Shown here: piece after piece, positions 7,543 to 14,215 of the stretch
Layout: each line of letters starts with the position of its first letter
Numbering within the stretch: the stretch's first letter is position 1
NCBI GenBank assembly: GCA_046485285.1
Contig: JAWOHE010000009.1
Location: 1-14,215 of the forward strand
DNA: 14,215 bases
Direction of reading: 5' to 3'
From: a bacterium
Lineage (GTDB): Bacteria; Hydrothermota; Tepidihabitantia; Tepidihabitantales; Tepidihabitantaceae
Position numbers and translations under genes: made by a program
The notes under the pieces: generated by a model
The model's input: only the letters and a program-made list of their open reading frames with translations
What the model was told of the DNA's origin: nothing
Database searches by the model: none

Positions 7543-8552
7543 CGCCCGCCCCGCGGGACGACCAGCTTGCCGGTAATGGCCCTGTCTTCGAAGTCGAGCC
7601 GCACGAGATGAACCCCTGGCCTCAGGCCGGGCAGGGCGAGCCGGCTGTGGCCCGCGCGCAGGAACAGACGCCGGTTGAACTCGCCGCGTCCCGCCGGGTC
7701 GAACACGCTCAGCCGGATCACGGCGTCGCGCTCGAGGTCGAGCACCAGCCGGTCGCGGGCCCAGCGGAAGCCGGGCTCGGCCGGCACCGGCTCGGCGATG
7801 CCGACCGGCACGAGAATGACATTGATGCCGCCGACGACCTCGTTCACCTCGACGGCAATTGACTCCGGCCAGACGTCGGGCAGGTAGCCATCCTTCGACG
7901 CTGAGAGCAGGAACGTCCCGAACCCCGGGCGGAGTTCGAAGTCGCCGCCCGGCCACTTGGCCCAGCCGGTCTCGCGGCCCTCCGGTCCGGATATCCGGAC
8001 CATCGCGCCGGGGAGCGGCACGCCGCCCGGGCCGGAGACCGTGCCGTAGATTCGGGCGCTGTCGTCGTCGTTGGGCGCGCCGAAGGTCGGGGTCCGGTCA
8101 ACGTACCAGTCGAAGCACTCAACCGGGTCAGGCCAGCCGTACGTCCAGTAGTCCATCGCGCAGGACATCCCTTCGGGCGGAGTCCAGGCCTCGTCGGTGT
8201 TCAGTCCGGCATCGCCGGGCCAGGTCACCTTCTCGAAGGTGTCGCCCGAGGGTGGGACGAGTGCAATGAACCCGGCGCTGTCGGGCAGGCTGAAGGTCCC
8301 GGTCGTATTGCTCCGGTCGATGACCACCCAGTCGTCCGGGCCGTTGATTCCTATGCCGTCGTCAATCACCGCGACGCCGGCGGGCGTGACGACCCGCCAG
8401 CCGGCGAGACTGCCGACCCAGTAGTTCCAGCCGTGGAGTTCGATGCCCTCGAGCGAGTCGGGCGCGACCTGGAACTCGCTCAAGATGCGCACCATTATCG
8501 GGTTGGCGGCCGCGACCGCCGCCAGCAGCAGGCAGACGGTAACATACTTCAC
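7539..8552 (-). CDS. Secreted protein with carboxypeptidase-regulatory-like domain and T9SS type A-like C-terminal sorting domain
   Basis: Signal peptide MKYVTVCLLLAAVAAA; acidic N-domain ending in PTFGAPN (lamin-tail-like, tentative); IYGTVS...PLPGA.V...G.F.LSASKDGY domain; tail VGIAE...LSVFDPAGR...LRPGVHLVRL...KLVV. SD GGAGG at 8562-8558. Confidence 0.75.
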   Translation of the reverse strand: MKYVTVCLLLAAVAAANPIMVRILSEFQVAPDSLEGIELHGWNYWVGSLAGWRVVTPAGVAVIDDGIGINGPDDWVVIDRSNTTGTFSLPDSAGFIALVPPSGDTFEKVTWPGDAGLNTDEAWTPPEGMSCAMDYWTYGWPDPVECFDWYVDRTPTFGAPNDDDSARIYGTVSGPGGVPLPGAMVRISGPEGRETGWAKWPGGDFELRPGFGTFLLSASKDGYLPDVWPESIAVEVNEVVGGINVILVPVGIAEPVPAEPGFRWARDRLVLDLERDAVIRLSVFDPAGRGEFNRRLFLRAGHSRLALPGLRPGVHLVRLDFEDRAITGKLVVPRGGR

Positions 8553-8567
8553 TTCAGCCTCCGAGAC

Positions 8568-8595
8568 AGAGTAGGTCGGCAGGCCGAAAAGTCAA
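8568..8595 (-). promoter_or_regulatory. Sigma70-type promoter
   Basis: TTGACT (8595-8590)-16 bp-TACTCT (8573-8568). The -35 box overlaps the TGA stop of the upstream gene. Confidence 0.65.
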
Positions 8596-9086
8596 GAGGG
8601 CCCGGGTCGGCCGGCTTCCCGGCGGGCGCGGACCGCGGCGCAGTGCAGTCGCCAGGCGAGCCGGAGCAGGCGCTCGAGCCGGCGGCGCTCGCGGGGGTCG
8701 GCCGGGGCCGGGTCCGCCGGCGCGAGTTCCAGGCCGGGCGGCTCGTCCTCGGCCGTCGCCGGGGCAATGGTCACGAGCCAGTCGCGGCCGGCGTGGCTGA
8801 CCCGGGCAGTGCCCGCGTCGCCGGGGCGCCGGCCTCGCCAGAGCGCGAGGAACGGGCGAGCGGCGAGCGCGTCGCGCCGGCTCTCGATGCGCCTCAACAC
8901 CGGCAGGGCGACGGCGACGAGCGCGAGCAGGCCGAGTTCGACGCGCTCGAGCCCGGGGAGCTCGCGGAGCCACTCGTAGAGCAGGCCGTGGCGGAGCATC
9001 CCGAGCAGGCGGATGAGTTCCGGGGCGAGCAGGGCGAGGAGCAGGGGCAGGACCAGCCAGGCGAGGATTGCACGGAGCGTAGGCAT
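8592..9086 (-). CDS. Hypothetical membrane protein (164 aa)
   Basis: Likely start MPTLRAILAWLVLPLLLALLA, 14 nt after the tolB stop. Two hydrophobic segments followed by an Arg-rich soluble part; GC3-rich codons. Confidence 0.6.
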   Translation of the reverse strand: MPTLRAILAWLVLPLLLALLAPELIRLLGMLRHGLLYEWLRELPGLERVELGLLALVAVALPVLRRIESRRDALAARPFLALWRGRRPGDAGTARVSHAGRDWLVTIAPATAEDEPPGLELAPADPAPADPRERRRLERLLRLAWRLHCAAVRARREAGRPGPS

Positions 9087-9099
9087 CGAGCCGCGCCGG

Positions 9100-10458
9100 T
9101 CAGCGCAGCACCGGCGACCAGTCCGGCGAGAAGGCACCGCCGACCCGGGTGACCCGGGTCTGGTTCGCGCCGTTCCAGTCCATCACGTAGATTTCCGGCG
9201 CGCCCTCGCGGGTCGAGGTGAACGCGATGTGCAGGCCGTCGGGCGACCAGCACGGGTCCTCGTTGTTGCCCCGGCTGGTGAGCCGGACGTAGGTGTCGCC
9301 GAGGATGTTGGTGACGCAGATCTGGTTTCCGCCCCCGGGCTGGCGCTGGACAAAGGCGATGAGGTCGCCCTGCGGCGACCACGCCGGCGAGGTGTTGTAA
9401 CTGCCCTCGAAGGTCAGCCGCCGGACGTCGGTGCCGTCCGCGGTCATGATGTAGATCTGGGGCGCGCCGGTGCGGTCGGAGACGAAGGCGATGTGGCGGC
9501 CGTCGGGCGACCAGGCCGGGGAGATCTCGATGGCGCCGTCCTTGGTGAGCCGGCGCAGGCGGCCGCCCGACACGTCCATCAGGTAGAGCTCCGAATTGCC
9601 CTCGAAGCTGAGCGAGACGGCGAGCGTCCTGCCGTCCGGCGACCAGGCCGGGGTCGTGTTGAGCCCGTCCCGGGAGCAGATCTTCGTGTTCGCGCGGCTG
9701 GCGAGGTCGAGAATGTGGATGTCGAGCGAGCGGGCGGAGTAGCGGCAGTAGGCGAGCCGGCCGCCATCGGGCGACCACTCCGGGTAGAGCCGGATGCAGC
9801 CGTCGGAGGTGAGCTGGACCAGGTTCGCGCCGTCGTAGTCGACCAGCGCGAGTTCCTTGACCCCGGGCCCGGTCTGGCGGGAGAAGGCGAACCTTGTGCG
9901 GCTGACGCCTTCGTTGCCGGTCAGCAGCTTGATGATGTCGTCGGCGATTTCGTGGGCGAGCCAGCGCCGGTTGGGCCGGTGCGGGTAGCTCTTCGAGGCG
10001 ATGCGCCGGTTGGTGTTGAGGTCGTAGAGGTTGATGTCGAGCGCCGGTCCGCCGCGCTTCTCGACGACGGTGCCGGTGATGAGGACCTCGGCGCCGGTCG
10101 AGCCCCAGCCCTTGAGGTCGACCTTCGGGTCGGTCTCGAAGTTGAAGACATGGCCGGACTCCGGCTCCTGGAACGTGAAGTGGAGCGAGAACCGCAGGTC
10201 GGCCTCGAGGACCTGGCGGATTTCGCCGGTGTGGTTCCGGACCGAGTCCGGGATGCCAACCACGGCCCGGAACGGCGCGATGACCAGGCTCAGGCGGCGC
10301 CGGCCGCCGGTCTGGGTGAGCCGGAGCCAGATCTCGTCGCCGAAGCTCTGGGCCGGGGCGGTGAAGACGCTGTCCTCGGCCGCAAGCGTGCCGGCCAGGA
10401 CGAGGAGCACGGCGGAGACGACCGCGCGTCGGGTGCCTGCGGGCGGCCGGGCGAGCAT
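9100..10458 (-). CDS. tolB: TolB (Tol-Pal system beta-propeller protein)
   Basis: Signal peptide, TolB N-domain (QVLEADLRFS, RWLAHEIADDII..LTG..G....RFAF, DYDGAN) and repeated P.WSPDG (PD40) blades. Start moved to ATG 10458 because a promoter lies just upstream. Confidence 0.88.
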   Translation of the reverse strand: MLARPPAGTRRAVVSAVLLVLAGTLAAEDSVFTAPAQSFGDEIWLRLTQTGGRRRLSLVIAPFRAVVGIPDSVRNHTGEIRQVLEADLRFSLHFTFQEPESGHVFNFETDPKVDLKGWGSTGAEVLITGTVVEKRGGPALDINLYDLNTNRRIASKSYPHRPNRRWLAHEIADDIIKLLTGNEGVSRTRFAFSRQTGPGVKELALVDYDGANLVQLTSDGCIRLYPEWSPDGGRLAYCRYSARSLDIHILDLASRANTKICSRDGLNTTPAWSPDGRTLAVSLSFEGNSELYLMDVSGGRLRRLTKDGAIEISPAWSPDGRHIAFVSDRTGAPQIYIMTADGTDVRRLTFEGSYNTSPAWSPQGDLIAFVQRQPGGGNQICVTNILGDTYVRLTSRGNNEDPCWSPDGLHIAFTSTREGAPEIYVMDWNGANQTRVTRVGGAFSPDWSPVLR

Positions 10459-10466
10459 TGAAGGGA

Positions 10467-10494
10467 ATTCTAGGAGACCGGCGGGCCGGGTCAA
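10467..10494 (-). promoter_or_regulatory. Sigma70-type promoter of tolB
   Basis: TTGACC (10494-10489)-16 bp-TAGAAT (10472-10467), 8 nt before the ATG; no SD, so near-leaderless. Confidence 0.7.
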
Positions 10495-10504
10495 GCCCGG
10501 AGGC

Positions 10505-10532
10505 TTGACATCCGGCAACCCCCGACTAGCAT
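10505..10532 (+). promoter_or_regulatory. Sigma70-type promoter of the two-component operon
   Basis: TTGACA (10505-10510)-16 bp-TAGCAT (10527-10532), ATG at 10550. Confidence 0.7.
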
Positions 10533-10549
10533 CAGTCGTCAGACAGCCA

Positions 10550-11827
10550 ATGCTCTCCCGCCACAAGTCCTTCTTCAGCGCGCGCCTGCTCCAGCTCTAC
10601 TTCGCAATCGGGATACTCGTCCTGGGCGGGTTCTGGTTCGCATACTCGCAGGTGCTCCTGCACCGGCTGTCCCGGCTCTGGGCGAGCTACTCGACGACGC
10701 TCTCGGACCAGCTCGAGGCCGAGACCCAGGTCCGTTCCCGCATCTACGCCAAGTTCATGAGCCGGGCGACCGAGCCGTCCGAGGCCGGGTCGCCCGAGCT
10801 CGACATCATCTTCGAGGAGGTCATCAAGAAGATCGACTTCCCGGTTCTCATCACCGACGCCCGGGGCCGGCCGACCTCGACGCACCGCAACCTCGGGGTC
10901 GAGCACCCGGACAGCCTCGTCCTGGCGCGGATCGTCGGCGAGCTCGACGCGGAATGCGAGCCGATACCGCTGGTGCTGAGCGACCGGGACACGACCCGGC
11001 CCTTCGGGATGATCCACTACGGACTGTCGCCTTCGACCCGGACCCTGCGGACGCTGAGCGCGAGCCTCAACGACTCGGTGCGGTCGCTGTCGCTGTTCGC
11101 GATGCTCCAGGTGTTCCTGCTCGTCGGGTTCGTGGCAATCGGGGTCTGGGGCATCCTCGCCTACAAGCGGCGCGAGCAGGAGCACATCTGGACCGCGCTG
11201 GCCAAGGAGACCGCCCACCAGCTCGCGACGCCGATGTCGTCGCTGGCCGCCTGGCTGGATATCCTCCGCGGCCGGGAGGAGCCGGAGACGGTCGTCGAGC
11301 TCGAGCAGGACCTGCGCCGGATGCGCGAAGTGCTCGACCGGTTCAGCCGCATCGGCAAGCCGCCCGAGCTGGCCGACCAGCGGGTCGGCGGGCTCATCAC
11401 CGACTCGGTGCGGTTTGTCGAACGCCGGGCGCCGCGCGGCATCCGGTTCTCGGTCGAGGTCCGCGACGACCCGGTCGTCCGGGTCGACCCGGTGCTGTTC
11501 GCCTGGATGCTCGAGAACCTGCTCAAGAACGGGGTCGACGCGGTCGGCAGCGGGCCGGGCGAGGTCGCGGTGCGGGCCGGGCTGGGCCCGGACTGGCGCC
11601 AGTTCGAAATCGAGGTCATTGACAGCGGCGAGGGCGTCAAGGTCGAACGGGCGTTCGAGGCCGGGGTGACGACCAAGCCGCACGGCTGGGGCGTCGGGCT
11701 GGCGCTGGCCCGCCGGATCGTCGAGGACTACCACCGCGGCCGGCTGGTGCTCGGCGAGAGCGGACCGGGCCGGACGGTCTTCCTCATCACCCTGCCGGTT
11801 GAGCCGGGCCGCCAGGAGGCGAGTTGA
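10550..11827 (+). CDS. Membrane sensor histidine kinase
   Basis: Two TM helices around an extracytoplasmic domain; H box KETAHQLATPMSSL, N box ENLLKNGVDA, G1 DSGEG, G2 GWGVGL. True start is likely MLSRHK (10550), since the longer ORF overlaps tolB. Confidence 0.92.
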   Translation: MLSRHKSFFSARLLQLYFAIGILVLGGFWFAYSQVLLHRLSRLWASYSTTLSDQLEAETQVRSRIYAKFMSRATEPSEAGSPELDIIFEEVIKKIDFPVLITDARGRPTSTHRNLGVEHPDSLVLARIVGELDAECEPIPLVLSDRDTTRPFGMIHYGLSPSTRTLRTLSASLNDSVRSLSLFAMLQVFLLVGFVAIGVWGILAYKRREQEHIWTALAKETAHQLATPMSSLAAWLDILRGREEPETVVELEQDLRRMREVLDRFSRIGKPPELADQRVGGLITDSVRFVERRAPRGIRFSVEVRDDPVVRVDPVLFAWMLENLLKNGVDAVGSGPGEVAVRAGLGPDWRQFEIEVIDSGEGVKVERAFEAGVTTKPHGWGVGLALARRIVEDYHRGRLVLGESGPGRTVFLITLPVEPGRQEAS

Positions 11828-13335
11828 CGCGGCTTCTGTGGATTGACGACGAGATTGACCTGCTCCGGCCGTTCATCTACGGCCTGCGCGAGCGGGGCTA
11901 CGAGGTCGCTACCGCGTCCAACGGCCCGGACGGTCTCGATCTGCTCGGGAGCGGGAGCTACGACCTCATCCTGCTCGACCAGATGATGGCCGGGATGACC
12001 GGGCTCGAGGTCCTGCGTCGGGCCAAGGAGCGGGCGCCGAACGTGCTGGTGGCGATGATCACCAAGTCGGACGAGGAGGCGCTGATCGACGAGGCCTACG
12101 GCGACCTCGTCGACGACTTCCTCATCAAGCCGTTCACGCCCGCCCAGCTCCTGGCGGTCCTCAAGCGCCTGCTCGACAAGCGCCGGCTCGTCGGCGAGCG
12201 CATCGGCCGGCAGTACCTGGCCGCGGTCGGGCCCGGCGACCCGCCCCGGGACTGGCCCGGCTGGGTCGAGCGCTACCGCCTGCTGGTGTCCTGGCAGGAG
12301 AAGCTCGGCCGGTACGGCGACAGCGCGCTCGCTGAAATCCAGGAGGAGCGCTGGCGCGAGGAGAACGAGGAGTTCGGCCGGTTCGTCGAGCAGGGCTACC
12401 GTTCCTGGCTCGGGGGGGGCGGGCCGGTGCTGTCGCACCGGGTGATGACCGAGCACGTCCTGCCGCACTGCGACGAGCGGCCGACCTGCCTCCTGATCCT
12501 CGACGCGATGCGCACCGACCAGTGGCTCGCCATCGAGCCGGAACTGCGCGAGTTCTGCTCGGTCGAGACCGGGCACTACTGTTCGGTCCTGCCCAGCGCG
12601 ACGCCCTACTCGCGCAACGCGATGCTCAGCGGCCTCCTGCCACTCGACATCCGGCGCCGCTACCCGGACCGCTGGGTCTTCGAGGAGTCGGGCCAGAACC
12701 GCTACGAGGAGGAGCTCCTGACCGAGCACCTCCGGCGCGTCGGCTTCGGGCACCGCTTCGCCTACCATCGGGCCGGCAGCGGCGAGGAGCTCGAGCGGGT
12801 GCGCGGGCTCCTGCTCGACCGCGAGGTCCGGCTCTCGGTGCTGATCGTCAACTTCCTCGACCTGCTCATCCATTCGGTCAAGGCCAACCGGGTTCTCGAC
12901 GAAATCGTCGCGAACGACCCGGCGCTGGTCGCGATGACGCGGGTCTGGTTCCGTGCCTCGCCGCTCGCGTCAATCATCCGGGCGCTGGTCCGGCGCGACC
13001 GGACGGTGGTCGTGACCAGCGACCACGGTTTCATCCGGGTCCGACGGCCGACCGAGATCCACGGCGGCCGGAAGATGTCGGCCAACCTGCGCTACAAGCA
13101 CGGCGGGGCAATCCGGGTCGACGACCGGCACGCCCTGCTCATCCGTGACCCGGCCGAGTACCGCCTGCCGGTGGACGCGGAGACGAGCATCTTCGCCATC
13201 GCCCGGTCCGACTACTACTTCATCTACCCGACCAAGCCGCGCGAGTACGAGCGCACCTACAAGAACACCTACCAGCACGGCGGCATCTCGCTTCCGGAGA
13301 TGGTCGTGCCGGTCGCGACGCTCCGGCAGAAGTAG
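11824..13335 (+). CDS. PorX-like response regulator with PglZ (alkaline-phosphatase-superfamily) domain
   Basis: REC domain (LLWIDDE, LLDQMM, ITKS, IKP) plus PglZ motifs LILDAMRTDQW, LPSATPYSRNA, TSDHGF, YQHGGISLPEMVVP. TTGA overlap with the kinase gene. Confidence 0.92.
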   Translation: MTRLLWIDDEIDLLRPFIYGLRERGYEVATASNGPDGLDLLGSGSYDLILLDQMMAGMTGLEVLRRAKERAPNVLVAMITKSDEEALIDEAYGDLVDDFLIKPFTPAQLLAVLKRLLDKRRLVGERIGRQYLAAVGPGDPPRDWPGWVERYRLLVSWQEKLGRYGDSALAEIQEERWREENEEFGRFVEQGYRSWLGGGGPVLSHRVMTEHVLPHCDERPTCLLILDAMRTDQWLAIEPELREFCSVETGHYCSVLPSATPYSRNAMLSGLLPLDIRRRYPDRWVFEESGQNRYEEELLTEHLRRVGFGHRFAYHRAGSGEELERVRGLLLDREVRLSVLIVNFLDLLIHSVKANRVLDEIVANDPALVAMTRVWFRASPLASIIRALVRRDRTVVVTSDHGFIRVRRPTEIHGGRKMSANLRYKHGGAIRVDDRHALLIRDPAEYRLPVDAETSIFAIARSDYYFIYPTKPREYERTYKNTYQHGGISLPEMVVPVATLRQK

Positions 13336-13368
13336 CCGCGCCCCGGACGGTTGCTCGCCGGGGCGCGG
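13336..13368. terminator. GC-rich hairpin immediately after the response regulator stop
   Basis: 11-bp perfect stem CCGCGCCCCGG / CCGGGGCGCGG with an 11-nt loop; no clear U-tract on either strand. Confidence 0.55.
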
Positions 13369-13494
13369 GTCAGTCCTGTTGGCCGTCGGCCCGAATCAGG
13401 TCCTGAGCGTGGCGAACGCCCTGTCGGTCAGCTCGTCGGGCGAACTCCAGACCAGCCGGGCCGCTTCGATGACGGAGCGCAGAGGCTCACGAAC

Positions 13495-13690
13495 TGCCGG
13501 CCGGCGTCCTGGGGCGGCTTCGGACTGCCTCCCGCCCAAGGCGGCAGGCCGGCAAAGGGCCGGGGCCGGGACGCACCACGGTCGCGCGAGGGGGAGCGCA
13601 CGGCCGGAGGAGGGATGCAGCCCGGTCCCGGCGCCGGTCTCTGTGGGGCCGAGGCCTGCAATCAGGGGTGGAGCCTCGGCCGCCCCCGGC
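13495..13690 (-). ncRNA. Candidate structured RNA (~195 nt), possibly 6S-like rod
   Basis: Starts about 6 nt after a TTGACA-17-CACAAT promoter. Nested complementary segments span the whole length, and there is no credible start codon with SD. Confidence 0.3.
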
Positions 13691-13695
13691 AATTC

Positions 13696-13724
13696 ATTGT
13701 GATGCAGGCCGGGCCTGATGTCAA
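13696..13724 (-). promoter_or_regulatory. Sigma70-type promoter with no obvious downstream CDS
   Basis: TTGACA (13724-13719)-17 bp-CACAAT (13701-13696). The spacer contains the palindrome CAGGCC-G-GGCCTG. Confidence 0.5.
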
Positions 13725-14028
13725 GGACAAACGCGCACCGTGATTGCCGGCCGGGTGACGTGGATGCGTGGCGGGCGTGCTTGCCTGCCGGTCCCCGGCC
13801 GCTACTGCACAAGCGCCAGCCGGGCCGACTCGCCGGTGTCCCACCGTCGGACTAAGTAGACGCCCGGGCTCAGGTGCCGGATGTCGTCCTCGCCCGGGCT
13901 CCAGCTCCATCACGCCACAGGCCCGGGCCGCAGCCAGGACCCTTCACCCGGCCAGACCGCAGACCGACCCCGGGAGTTTCCCGACCCCACCCCCACCCGC
14001 ACTCCCGGAGTAACTCCCCCAGTAACCC

Positions 14029-14215
14029 GGTCAAGTGCCGAATTGTCTGCAAAATGAGCCGTGCCGCTGTCTGTCTTCACGATTCGTCTTCGCACTGACT
14101 CATATCGAGGTACTGGGGCTGACCGGCCCACTCGGCCGACTGCTCCATCGCGTGGGCGGTAACCAGTCGCAAGCAGGACGCTTCGTTCGGAAACACCCGG
14201 ATCACGCTGGTCCGC
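14029..14215 (-). mobile_element. Right end of an IS256-family element (truncated by window edge)
   Basis: Terminal repeat GGTCAAGTGCCGAATTGTCTGCAAAA from 14029, about 50 bp beyond the transposase stop, resembling IS256-family ends. Confidence 0.85.
14077..14215 (-). CDS. IS256-family (Mutator-type) transposase, C-terminal fragment
   Basis: Reads RTSVIRVFPNEASCLRLVTAHAMEQSAEWAGQPQYLDMSQCEDES*, matching the IS256 R(T)-V---FPN--S-LRL------E--E-W----YL-M pattern. Not in the ORF track. Confidence 0.92.
   Translation of the reverse strand, partial: RTSVIRVFPNEASCLRLVTAHAMEQSAEWAGQPQYLDMSQCEDES

Noticed and set aside
10031-10549. N-terminal extension of the kinase ORF (598 aa) and of tolB (to 10566)
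   Set aside because: Both overlap the opposite gene and the divergent promoters; they are artefacts of stop-codon scarcity.
1036-13278. Many long antisense or alternate-frame ORFs (e.g. 1036-1962, 2976-4502, 9013-10461, 10532-11734, 11728-12873)
   Set aside because: Shadow ORFs of real high-GC genes; Arg/Pro/Gly-rich with no recognisable motifs.
11824-13335. BREX defence system (PglZ)
   Set aside because: PglZ is fused to a REC domain in PorX architecture, and there is no brxC, pglX or brxL in the window.
13371-13381. 11-bp identity (CAGTCCTGTTG) with the sRNA terminator arm at 4461-4471
   Set aside because: A single short match found post hoc, and paired within a stem in the sRNA; compatible with chance.
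13336-13690. tmRNA, RNase P or SRP RNA (about 355 nt from promoter to hairpin, GGGGGCG near the start, internal start-less frame)
   Set aside because: No T-arm or 3' CCA end, the peptide lacks an Ala-rich tag end, and there is no GAGGAAAGUCC or SRP loop motif.
14007-14034. IS-created hybrid promoter (outward TTGACC at the IS end plus TACTCC 16 bp away)
   Set aside because: The -10 lacks the conserved final T and no gene follows.

Overview
High-GC bacterial DNA from a diderm organism. The T9SS-like C-terminal domain, PorX-like regulator and TolB suggest an FCB-related lineage such as candidate division WOR-3, but this is inference only. Both edges are cut inside IS256-family elements in the same (minus) orientation: the transposase N-terminus and left end at 1-189, and the right end and transposase C-terminus at 14029-14215. 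Between them lie an fhs plus NatAB-like ABC exporter operon, a TonB-dependent receptor, a probable lipoprotein, a secreted protein with a T9SS-like tail, a small membrane protein, an orphan tolB, and a histidine kinase coupled to a PorX-like REC-PglZ response regulator. The best unannotated signal is in the 4420-4740 intergenic region. It holds a complete sigma54 architecture (-24/-12 box, IHF consensus, enhancer-like inverted repeat) driving an ORF-less ~80-nt transcript that ends in an intrinsic terminator, i.e. a candidate sigma54-dependent sRNA. A second candidate structured RNA (~195 nt, foldable as a rod) follows a sigma70-like promoter near 13700. Four housekeeping-type promoters share a CTTGAC...CTAnnnT pattern with a 16-bp spacer.
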